Both the position numbers and the translations under genes were made by a program. Below are positions 22,754 through 34,726 of a stretch of DNA of 46,974 nt, piece by piece. How positions within the stretch are numbered: position 1 is the first letter of the stretch; every line of letters begins with the position of its first letter. This stretch comes from Bigelowiella natans CCMP2755 (taxonomy: Eukaryota; Protista; Cercozoa). The notes under the pieces are model-generated. The model saw only the letters and a list, made by a program, of their open reading frames with translations, did no database searches and had not been told where the DNA came from. The stretch covers positions 1 to 46,974 of the forward strand of contig ADNK01003053.1 of NCBI GenBank assembly GCA_000320545.1. Direction: 5' to 3'.

Positions 22754-24274
22754 TATATTTAGTGTGTGTGTGTGTGTTCACTTATAGTTCTTAAATAATA
22801 TGTTACAGAGAACAACGCGGCTCGCAACGACACGAAGACTCACAATCCAAACACCCAATATACTCGCGCTTTCGTATGTTATATACGTGGCAAGGCCAGC
22901 TTGGAAAAAGTACCCACACATATCTTTACGAAATCATTCACTGTAATAAGCACTCTATCTAAACTCGAAACAACCAATCGTTTCATTCTGTACCTGATAA
23001 CGCTGTCTAGATCGCCCTTTATCGTTAATATCGGCGCATACGGCATATGGCCTATCAGACCGAATGCAAACGTTACACACACCTCCTTCTTCATTCTATA
23101 CGCCCCCCCCCTCCCCCCCCCCCCCTCTCTTCATACGATTTTCGGGAAATCGGACAGGGCGCTGCGTTTGGAAGAATGTTTGGTTTTGATGCAATTACGT
23201 TGCGACACGCGCCTCACAGCAAACAATGCTTCTTTGTGGAAATCCGTGGCTGCCTCCATTGTCCCAGGAACTTCATTGCAAGATAGGTGAATGCGGGTTA
23301 GTTTCTCCCCCCTCTTTTCTCTCTTACTCTCTTTCTTTCTCTCGCTGTATTCGCACACTGTACACTTGTTGCATATTGTTATTTAGAGCTTAGCTAGTGA
23401 AGCAGGATTATGCATTGAATTGTTTAATATCTGTATTGTTATCGTCGGCATCGTTATTCTCATAATCTTCGTCATCATCATCAGCATCATTATTATCATC
23501 ATCATTGTCATCATCATCCTCATTGTCATCGTATCGATCGTTCGTCGTCTTGTAGTACCAGATGAGCTTGGAACCATTCCTCCTGATTGATGGGGTTGTT
23601 GATGAAGATATTGAAAATGACGAGAATGACGATAATGATGATGGTGTTCACGATGCTGATAAGATGATGGAGATTTTGTTCCGTACTACTACTACTACTA
23701 CTACTACCACTATTAGTACTATTCTTGTACCAATATCTTGGTCATTGAGAACTGTGAGAATCTCCTTTTCCACCTCAGGAAGCTAATCCATAAGATATGC
23801 ACGTCTCGTCACGAAGATATAGTCAATCGAGTAGTAGCCGTAGTGTCCAACAACAACAATGATAATAATATTAATATTAATATTAATGTTAATGATAGCA
23901 ATATACACGCAAATACACTCACGCACACACACACACACACACACAAACACACGCACGCGTGCGCGCGCACATATTATATATTCACTATTACGAGTGTGTT
24001 TGCTTGTGATTCGTGCATCTGAAATGACCTTATCCTCGGTCACGTAGTGCGTGGCGATTCCGAGTGCTATCAGATCACTGCCACCATAGCTGCCATTTCT
24101 TCCAACAGCAATACCTACAAATATGAATATACATATCATTTGCATGTACATATATTTATATATATATATTAATATATATATATATATATATATATATTAT
24201 TTACATGTATTTAAATTGACATATAGTTAGCGTGTGTGTGTGTGTGTGTGTGTGTGTGCGTCTATGTGCGTCTA

Positions 24275-24312
<38 letters not shown>

Positions 24313-24850
24313 TATGTGTGCGTGTAGCGTGTGGCGACGAATCGATGCAAGAAAACAAGGAGGGGTGAAGGAGAGGAAGAAAGAAAGAAGTATATGAAAA
24401 TCGATATTCACCGCTAACGCCAATTGCTGCTCCTGCACTCACCCCCCTGCTCAAACGAACAAAATGGAATGGGGCGTTACAGAGAAGCAAGCACATTCGC
24501 CGATTTCCCTTTTATTTCACCATATACTACAGATAGCCCAAAAGCAACGCTGTTGGGAGTACCGACGTTTTTGCAAGAGCGAGGTTGGATTGATATATGC
24601 AGAGGTTTCAACGCATTTGCGTGTGTCGGATATGTGTGTTTGTGAGTGTGTGTTTTGTGTGTATGTGTGTGAGTGTGTGTGTGTGTGTGAGTGTGAGTGG
24701 CTTACGCTTTGGACCGCACGACATGGTAGGAATATCTGCATGTATGGAATAATCGATGAAATCGATTTGAGTAATCAAAAACAATAACACACAAAACATA
24801 CACGGCATGCCGTAAACAAGCTTTCAAAGGTACTATACCTGTCATGTGTG

Positions 24851-24898
<48 letters not shown>

Positions 24899-25283
24899 AT
24901 GTGTGTGTATTTATTATATAAATAAGTACCCGACGTCAGGAAAGAACCCAATTTTAGCCTCCGGCATTGCAAAGAGGGTGGTATTTGTCGCCACGCGTAT
25001 CTGAGCGATACGTGACAAATGTACGTCACACTCATCATATATAAAACGATAAGTGTGTGTTGTGCTACCGAGCATGCAGCGGCGAGACCAGCGCCAAACC
25101 CCATCGTAACACCTTCGATCCCAGAAAACAACACACTTACAGTTTCGTGCAATATACAAGTGTAACCGAAAAATAGATGGATAGCAAATAAGTTTGGTTC
25201 CACCTACACTGTACAAATATGAATTGATCACTTTAACTTTCTATATAAATATATGAATATAATAAATATATATATAGATATAA

Positions 25284-25324
<41 letters not shown>

Positions 25325-26694
25325 CCCTACCGTTCATCAAGCATATAATAGGCTTGTTGAAGTTGGCGACGGTCCGGATGATCTAACCAACCAACCCACA
25401 CACACACACACACACACACACAGCATGCAGTTAATAGTATGGCGTGAGAGCATAAAGCGCGGAAGAAACCAACTATTCTAGCTTCGCCTTCGTGCAGATC
25501 GCTCAAAGTCTGTCTTTCACTCAAGCGACTAATGATACTACTGATAATAGAAATCCCCCATTGTTTTGGAACCACCTGGTACTCAAGCATCAGCGCCTTT
25601 TTGGGATGCGAGGTCTTTGGATCCTCCGCAATGCTCTTAGCGATTGCAGCGACATCACCTGCATCGTGAAAGGAAGGTGTGCTTGAGGTAATTATGAGCT
25701 TTGCTCCGCCCCAATCCCAAAATCCGCATGATGAATGCGTTGGCACGTCGCAGCATTCTTACTGTTATTGCTGTTACTGGTTGTTTTTGTTATATGATTG
25801 CGCGTGTTTGACAGCCTCGTTAGCTGCTTCTCTGGCTTGTCGTACTCGACGGCCAAAACAAGCATATATTTTCCAATAAAGGGTATCTTGTCGTGAATAT
25901 CTCCCCCCCCCCCCCCCCAACCCCCCGGTTATTACCTCCTGCACAGAAGGCGCGTGGGGAGCTGCTTTTCAGGATGACGACGCGGACCGTTTCGTCCACG
26001 TACCTTTGTTGGTAACACGCGTTGTGTCATTTGAACACAGTATAATATTTGAAATATCTGGATATTGAAGGCTTAATGGATTGCATGCTCTTTCGAGGCA
26101 GCAGCTAGCACGTACCATTGGGTGAGCTTGTCTTCGATTCTGGAGAGCATGGCCAGGTTGGCGGCGTTCAGCTTCTCAGGCCTGTTGGGAAAAGGATGGT
26201 GGTGATGATGACGATGACGACGAAGACGACGACGACGATGATGATGATGATGATGATGATGGGGTATTTTGGTGGTAGTGGTAGTCCGTAGCTCCATCAT
26301 GACCTTTTCATTCCTGAATTTTCGATACTATATCTCTCTCTTTCTCCCTCTCTCTCTTTTTCTCTCTCCATGTGTGTGTGTATGTGCGCGCGCGGGTGCA
26401 TCCGGCGCATTTACCTATCTAACACTATGAAGCCAACGTGCCCTGCCTTGTGACACCTCACGCCGTGTGGAGAAGACACCGACACATTATGAACAGCTTC
26501 CTGAATCGAAAGCAGCAGCAACGTGCATTGTATCATCTCGAAGGTCAAAATGAGAGACATGGATCGTACGCATACCTCTTTCGCGTTTTCACCAGCTTCC
26601 GGCCCCTTTGCCGCCTCAAGAGGGGATTCTCTCGGTTTGCCTTTGATGCTGTGTGTTCTGTTGTGGGGTGGGTTTTTATCTTACGTTCATCCTC

Positions 26695-26753
<59 letters not shown>

Positions 26754-26798
26754 GCCTTCATGCCAACTCTAATGCACAAGCTCACAAACACACACACG

Positions 26799-26834
<36 letters not shown>

Positions 26835-27356
26835 TAAACACACGCTCGATCTTTTGCTCCGTCTAATATTTACCCCCCCCCATCCTCGAGCAAGCCTTGA
26901 TTCATGAGATCTGTGTAGAGGATGTCCTCCTCAAATTTCCTGCGGAGCGGTGTGCATAGCAACCAGCAACGTAAAAGATACATACGCAGAACGGGTTCTG
27001 ATGGAGTGTTACCGATGGTCTTCTTCTCCTCCCCCTTCTTTCGATGACCCGTGTTCGTCATTCATCGTCTCCGAGGCCCGGCCCTTGGCAAGAACACGCG
27101 GATGCTGTCCCGCGACAGCAAATGCAAGCGCTGTGGTTGTGGAAAACAGCGCGCAAATCGCGCCGCCTCCTCCTACACCGACCTCGTATCCGCGTCTGCT
27201 CCCGGCAGCACTATTTCTCGCGGTTGCCGCCGTCGGTGGGGGGGCAGAGAAGTGCAGCGGACGCCGCTTGCCTTCTTTCGGCTCGGACACAAGAACTACC
27301 AGAGTCCAGAGGAGGAGGAGGCCTGGGAGGAAGAAGATTCGTCCGTGCGGCCTCAT
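20385..27356 (-). CDS. HIBCH: 3-hydroxyisobutyryl-CoA hydrolase-like protein (crotonase superfamily, ECH_2), many exons, with an N-terminal signal/transit-like extension
   Basis: Exons in order: GHVGFIVLD|RPEKLNAANLAML, RAFCAGG|DVAAIAK, NKPIICLMN (frameshifted), GVTMGFGAGLA, RVATNTTLFAMPEAKIGFFPDVG, GSDLIALGIATHYV, EAVLARE|YALGVELVYRADFQ|EGVKTVLVEKEKEKIPKF. The terminal exon and stop at 20385 are tentative. Confidence 0.85.
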
Positions 27357-27819
27357 TGCTGCAGGGAGGCCGGGCGGGGGCGAGGAATCAACCGTCGATC
27401 CGTTGAAACTGTGAAGATGAAATCTGGTAAATATTTGAGCCGAATATTACTAAAACCGAAATTTAAATTCTAGGAAAATTCTAACCCGGATAAAACCGAA
27501 AGATGAGTGCCAGTAGTCACGTGGGAAGCGAACATGTACCAGGAATCGTCTAGCAACACAAACAACAACGACGACGAGCTTGTGCTAGGATATATGATCG
27601 GTTTATCAAGCCCCTCTTTTTGGCAACACGTAAACAACATCTAATAAAGGAATTTCACACATCCGACAAAAATGATTCGAGATAATAACTAAACAATATT
27701 TTTTCCCAAAAAGTAACAAAATCTTACATTTCGCAGTCCCATAACAAATAGAGCAGAACGACTCTGAACCACCTAACCGAGTGAGGGGGGGGGGTGACAT
27801 AGGACCAAAGACTGCAGCC

Positions 27820-28380
27820 ATGCTATTACGCAGGGCAATGAGAACAACCATAACACTACGCCCGGCAATAGTCGGTCGAAGGCTCCACCGACATGTCATG
27901 GAGGGAGATCTGCGGGGCCTCAAGCAAAAGCTAGGGAGGAAAGTCGACCCAGACGAGAAGGACGGAGACGGGAACACAGCTTTACATCTTGCGGCGGGCG
28001 GAGGCCTCGCTCCCGCAATTGAAATTCTGCTCGATAGCGGTGCGAATCCAATTGTCACAAACAAGAAGAAACAGATTCCACTGCATTGCGCCGCAGTCGC
28101 AGGCTCGGGAGGTACGTAACAAGTAACATCGAACTAAACACAGCCCATGGCACTCGAAAAGACTCACTGATATGCACTTTTAGATTGCGTTCGAATGCTG
28201 ATCAAACGTGCTGGAGCGGCACAAACTAAAATGAAGGATCGAGAAGGGAAAATACCGATCATGGTTGCTTCCAGCGAGGAGGCGAAGGGCATCTTGCGCC
28301 CCTTCTCAGGAGGGTTCGACGAAAGAAGTGGGTACGGTCCTGGGAAGGATATTTTTGGGGAGCAAGATTCTGCTATTTGA
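27820..28380 (+). CDS. Small ankyrin-repeat protein, two exons, possible mitochondrial presequence
   Basis: DGDGNTALHLAAGGG..LLDSGANP..KQIPLHCAAVAG; GT-AG intron at about 28112-28182; second exon CVRMLIKRAG..DREGKIP..; Arg-rich N-terminus MLLRRAMRTTITLRP. Confidence 0.85.
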
Positions 28381-29611
28381 TTCGGTGTATGGCTAAGTGA
28401 GCCCATGCCATAGATAGAGCAGATCTTGACATTCTGACGTTCTTGGCCAAGACATTTACGACACATGCATACATATGTATTTCATAAAAGACTTCTAGGT
28501 GCATTATATTGTACAGTACGCATGGTGCGACGTCAGTGAAGATGTAAAACAACCACGTGCAGTACAGCAATGTAGCTAGCGTATGGCCAAATGGCGCAAG
28601 TTTGCTTCTTGCTCTATCACACTTTGCGAGGGCTACTCTAGAATGATTGCGATGGCGACAATGTGATTCACGTGTTTGATCATGTAATCGCATCACATCT
28701 GTGCATCTGTGCCAGATCTCTAGACCCATCACCATTGTCGCTCATTCCTAGCTAAACATTCTAGCATTGTTCAATGCAATGACAGTTTATCGTGGACATC
28801 ATGGTGTGCAACAATGTGCATGAAATGTTGCTGTGTGCTGCCCATCGTTTTGAAATGCAACAACATGCAATGTGCTCGCGCGTGACAGATATTGCTGTGT
28901 CTGTTGATAGACGGCCGAGTTTTTGCACACTGACAACCAGTCACATATGTAACATGTACATCACATTGCTGTGTCGCGCACCAGTAGGAGTAACCCTGAT
29001 AGATTTTTTTATTAAATTTTGGGGGAAGGGTATTAACGTTTTATGTAATTTCTCACGAACTGAATCTCTTGCCGCATTAATATCTTCTGAAGATGGAGGA
29101 TGTCGGACCAACTAAGTAGTAGACATGGAGAACGTGCAGACGTTGTAAAGTTATGTAATTCACGTTACTTCTCTCTCTCTCTCTTTCTCTCTCTCTATCT
29201 CTCCCTCCCTCCTCTATTTCCTCCCTCTGATACTCGCTGGGGCATTTCACACTTCGTATCCTTGTCTGAGGTAACTAATCAGATAGCAAATCGCAGAGCA
29301 GACGCAGTAACAAAAATGGAGGAATCTCGACCAATGGATGCTACCTGCCCAGGTTCCCTTCCCTCCCATCACGCTGTCCCTCCAAAAGGAAAACTGCTCG
29401 TTCTACCCTCCGAAATGAGGCTGCAACTAACCCATGGCTGCGGGAATCGGCAAGGGGGCAGGAGGGGGAATGGAGTGCCGTTTCTCAGTTTTTAGAACAA
29501 TGAACAATGAACAATGAAGAAAGCGTAGAGCACACATCAGCTACCGGTACAGGCCTGTAGTCTGTTTGTTGTCGCACGCGTGAGCGATGTTTCCGAAAAA
29601 TCTAGGCAACA

Positions 29612-31035
29612 ATGTCGTCTGGCACCTCCAGCAGCGTCTTCGAAGCAATAAACAACAACGACCTTCCCTGTGTGAAGCGTTTCATTGCGAGGAACGCAAA
29701 TGTTGAGGAGCGCGGCCTTCTCGGTAGTGAGCAGCGGCAGCGTGAGCATTGTCACGTGTAGTGTTGGGGGTTAGATCAAGATTTAGCAAAATTTTAGCAG
29801 CAGCAGCAGTAGTAGTAGTAGTAGCAGCATTAGCAGCATTTGTAGAAAGCAACATTGGCAATAGGCTTGGTGACACTGATGGTAGCAGACGTAGCATTGC
29901 ACAGTCATGGATGCAAGTTGTGACATGATGAGTCATGAACAACTCCTAGAGGACATTTCGTCATTATTTGGAACATGACATTCAAAATTGTAACTATGTA
30001 AACACAAGGCCGTTTTCCTTTAAGAGGACAATTGGGGTGGGTACCAATGCTAACATTGAGGGAGCAGCAGTTGTAGACGACGTTGCATTGTTTGTAATGA
30101 TTACAGAACGATACATCAGGTGATACTCCGTTACTTTGGGGTTCCATGAAAGGTCGTTTGGACATCGTAAAGTACCTGGTTGACATGAAGGCAAACATTG
30201 AGGCGAAAGGCCAATACGGTGGATACCAATGCTAGCATTGAAGCAGCAGCAGTTGTAGAGGACGTTACATGATTTGTAATGATTGCACAACGATACATTA
30301 GGTTACACTCCGTTACTTTGGGGTTCCGTGCACGGTCGTTTGGACATCGTAAAGTACCTGATTGGCATGAGAGCAAACATTGAGGCGTCGTTGATCGCTG
30401 GTTCCATGGAGGGTCAAATGGATATCGCAAAGTGTCTAATTGGCATGAAGGCAAACATTGAGGCGAGAGACGACAGCGGTAAGAACCAATGCTAGCATTG
30501 AGGCAGCAGCAGTTGTAGAAGATGTTTTACATAATTTGTAATGATTACAGAACGATACATTAGGTGATACTCCGTTAATTTGGGGTTCCAAGAGGGGTCG
30601 TTTTGATGTCATAAAGTACCTGGTTGACATGAATGCGAACATTGAGGCGAAAGGCAAATACGGTGGATACCAATGCTAGCATTGAGGGAGCAGCAGTTGT
30701 AGAAGATGTTACACAATTTGCAATGATTACACTACGATGCATTAGGTTGTACTCCGTTGATCGCGGGTTCCGTGAAGGGCCATTTGGACATCGTGAGGTA
30801 CCTGGTTGCCATGAATGCAAACATTGAGGCCGAAAACAGATCTGGGCACACTTCACATGACTTGACAACTCATGACAAACTCAAAATCTTCATCAAGCAA
30901 GATTGCATTAAGCGACGGGTCCAGGTGTTCAACAGAGAGATGAGGAATTTGCACTTCTTGAGCACGGAATTGAAGCGAGCGTTGGGGGCGGAAAGTGGTC
31001 GCCACATGCTCGAAAAAATGGACATTCAGGAGTAG
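29612..31035 (+). pseudogene. Ankyrin-repeat gene built of tandem exon-intron units, probably decaying
   Basis: Exons GDTPLLWGSMKGRLDIVKYLVDMKANIEAKGQY and variants (30120-30218, 30302-30478, 30564-30662, 30746-) are separated by four near-identical 83-85-bp introns. There are Tyr>Cys changes, an internal deletion, and a TAG at 31033 followed by further open frame. Confidence 0.65.
30037..30830 (+). repeat. Tandem array of about 182-bp intron + ankyrin-exon units
   Basis: Intron copies at 30037-30119, 30219-30301, 30479-30563 and 30663-30745 share accaatgcta[ag]cattga..gcagcagttgtaga..aatgatt..acgat[ag]cat[tc]ag. Confidence 0.92.
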
Positions 31036-31039
31036 ATGC

Positions 31040-34000
31040 GCGCCATCTGCTCAGTGAGCGATCTCGGAAGTCTCATGTTGTCCGGTGGCCAATGTGAAGA
31101 ACTAGAGAAGCAGATGGAACACGCAGCACACGTGGCATCGTGAAAGGCGTGGACCATCTCCTCTAGCAGTGGCAGTCATTGGGTGTTGACAGTGGGCTAG
31201 GCAGATGCCAGAGATGCAGAGACATGACGTGCTGTCTAGCAAGCACGCACACGTGGTGGCAAAAAAAGAGATTGTTGGGGCAAGGTGAAGAAGAATCTTG
31301 AAATGGACGTGCAGCAAACGATGTCAAGAGTTTGAACTCCACAGGAGGTGCAGAGCATGCAAATCAAAATCATCAATTGCAAATTGCTTGGCTTCTACTG
31401 TTTGTCATGTGTGCATGCACCGTTGCCATCACATCGCACCGACCACAGGTTGCAATCATTGAACACGTTCTTTCCATCCATCAACAACATCATCCATTGG
31501 ATAATAGACACAGCAATACACTATACATATTATATATATTGTGTATTGCATGTCTATCATTGGGCATCACAATGAACTGCACCATTGAACGTGTGGCGGA
31601 TGTGACAAACAAAGTGATTGAACCTTTTCAATGGCCATTCCAATGTGACTGTGCAAAGCAGCGGCCACAGCGCTCATGTCGCATCTGTTTGCTTCTTCTG
31701 TCGTGTGTTTCATGCGTTCAAAAGCATCCACGTCCGGTCGTCGATGTCGTGCAGTGCGCGCAGCAGTTTTTGCTTCTTTTTCTGCTTCAAACAGCAGTGG
31801 CTTTGTCTCATCGTTTTGATTTGCAAAACCTGTGGAGGGGATCGAAGGAGGGCGATTCCATTCGTTTGACGATCGATGAAAACGAATTTGAGTTTGGAGA
31901 AATGGATGAAAATGGGAAGAGAGTTTCAACAAAAACGATGAAGGAGAGAAACAAGCAAGTCATGGACAAATGGATGGATGACTGGATGAATTCAAGAAGG
32001 AAAAACAGCCAAATGCTGGAAAAGCATGCTGGCATGGCAGGATGGCAGGAAGACTGGCTGTTGACGCATCGGTGAGAGACGTTCAACACCACACGCAAAA
32101 GTGCGCATTCTGTGTTCTCTGATGATTTTGGTCTTCGTTTGGGGAGAAGTTCACTGCATCTGACCTCCTCCTGCACGTCGAAAAGTGGAGCAACAAAGAG
32201 GATGAGAGTCTGAATCCTGGAGATCCATGCAGGAGATCGACTGCACATGAACGATGCCAATGAGTGTCATGAAACAGTGAAAATGATGAGCAATGCATCT
32301 GGGCACACAAGCACGCACGCGCGCACACTCATGCACACGTGTTGCAGTGTTGCATTGCACATGGCCACAAAGGCTCCACAGCGTGCAGCCCATCAGCACA
32401 CGTGTCATCCACTGCACGTGTGGTGTCTTGCCATGAAGGCTCCACAATTGCCTTTGTCACACCAGTCTGTGCTCGTGCGGGCATCAAACCGCGCGTTTGA
32501 ACTTTGATTTGCCACTCCATGCACGCATGTCCAGATTTGCGCACGCACCGCATCAAGACTAGCATCGCCGCATGGTTTGAGTTTGACTTCAGCTGTTTGT
32601 GCCAGTCTGGCAGTGTGGATTGCAGAGTTGATTCACCTCAGCTCCACAATCAAGTCCACCGAATTGTCTGAACGAGTTTGTGGCACGCTCAAGCCGAAAC
32701 TTCAAGCGTTGTCATGGGAATGCAACGACAACGTCCTGAAACACGTTCGCAGTTTTTCGTCATTCTGATCAGTCCAACAATCTAGCAATCGAGAGGGTTC
32801 GCAGAAAATCGAGGCAACTTTCCGATTTGGCGACCCTCAGTGCATCCTTTGGCCACCTCAACACTCGAGACGAGCTTGAAAGAGTGAACAAACGAACCAG
32901 TTCTGCAGGAGCGGATGAAAGATTGTGAATGATTGAACGAACGTGGACCAGACGTGAGACAAACTTTGTCAATTGACAATCTTTGCACTTCTGGGGTTGT
33001 CGCAAATCGCAAAAGCAAAACAACGCACACTGGCACACCTTGTGGGAAGAAGTGCGTGTGGCCAGAAGAGTTGCACCGCCGCAGGGGGAACAACGACATT
33101 TCAGTGAGCCGTGAAGGCCTCGTGCATTGGATGCTCCCATGTTTTTCTTGGTGTTCTCATCACACCTGGGGCAAACTGTTTTGAACTCTGCACCGTGCCA
33201 GCGTGGTGCAATTTCATGTCTCCTTGTGCGCGCGTCGAGCTAGCGAGCCACCGACACGCCTGACACGTTTGCTCTGTGGCCCATGCGCTGCGCCGCTGGA
33301 GCACGCTGCGCTCTGCGATGGCCACTGGCAATCAGGAACATCACAATGAGCGGATGCACGAGAACAGGCGTGCGCGACCGCAACACACCAGCACAGGGCA
33401 CACGCAGGGTGGATGTGCATCACACTTGGTGCAAATTGAATGCAAATTTGCACCACAGTGTGAACTTCAATTCAAGATCATGCAGTCGGTGTGAATCACA
33501 ATCACTTTGCATTGTGGTGCATCACTTGTTGCACGTCGTGGGTGCAAAGTTTGTTGACATTTCACACTGTGGTGTCAGCAAGTGCAAACCACATTGTCGA
33601 TTGAGGTGTCAAGTGAAATGCACCAAGTGCAAAAAAACAGTATTTTCGCACAAGGTGTGTGCCGCTGCGTGCGCACGCACTTCTGGACTTGGCAACGCTG
33701 GCTGGAACGTGCGTTTGACTTGCCTGCGACAGCTGCAAGTGATTCAGGAGTCACGTGCACGCAATGAAAAATGGTGATGAACTGCATTTCCAAAGTGTTG
33801 CAAGACACTTGCACGCGGTGAACGATCATCGAACGTGTTTCCAACTTTCGATTCAGAGAGCTCCTCCTGTGCAGCACGGCACGCCACCTTGTGAGCACAA
33901 GCTCACGAGCGTTTGAGCGCACAGGTGTTCCACACGTTCACGCAGAAAGTGCAACAAAATTTCAAAATTGCAGCACCAAACTCACGCTTGCTAGCTAGCA

Positions 34001-34313
34001 AGCTGGCAAGCGACGCGTGTCGTTGCGCACACATGCACCAGCACACAAGCAAACCCGCCACGTTCGTGCAGACGAGGGAGGACGCGTCGCGCCTCGTGCA
34101 CTTGTTCGTCCAATTGATCGTTGGTCAAGTGGAATCTGTGATTGAAGCATTGGCTTCGAACTCATCAGCTGAGAAGCTCATGATTTCGTTCCAATCATCA
34201 CAATCACGGTCCGGTTGGAGCTCCATTGGCACTTGTGCGACCCCATGGTTGCAAGGCGGGCTGCCCAACAGCAACTTGTTTCATGGGAAATCAATGCCGA
34301 ATGAACAAGAATT
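31040..34313. other. Second TpA-depleted degenerate block (probable repeat / pseudogene remnants, family not recognised)
   Basis: Six TA dinucleotides seen in 31557-34313, five of them in CTAG. A coding-looking remnant lies at 31830-32075. Confidence 0.7.
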
Positions 34314-34726
34314 TAGTCAAACCCACGACATTTTGTTGACTAAATGGACGTTTGGTGACACCTATTTTATAAAGATTTATCGAACATTTAACGTAGTTAA
34401 TTTACCTACATTAGAAACACAGACAACACTCACAACAGTTCTAGATCTTCCTCACCACCACCTATCTGCCCGAAGGGGGAGCTCTCATTATATACAGTTG
34501 AAGGGGAAGGAAACGCTTACACCATCGCTCGAAACAGGGAAGGGCAGAAAGGTAAGTTTAACTGTGTTATACGTGACCCAAGAAGCGACTCTAGGGGCTC
34601 TGAAATCAAATTATATCGAATCGATCTCAGAGATATGCCCAGGAGCGCGGCAGCCATTTTGCCTCTCCATCTCTTCTTTTTCTCATCCCATCGCTCAAAT
34701 GCTGCCCTTGCAGGACACTCGAGACG

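Noticed and set aside
30037-30830. Regularly spaced repeats resembling a CRISPR array
   Set aside because: The 'spacers' are homologous ankyrin exons and the repeats are GT-AG introns. Eukaryotic context and no cas genes.
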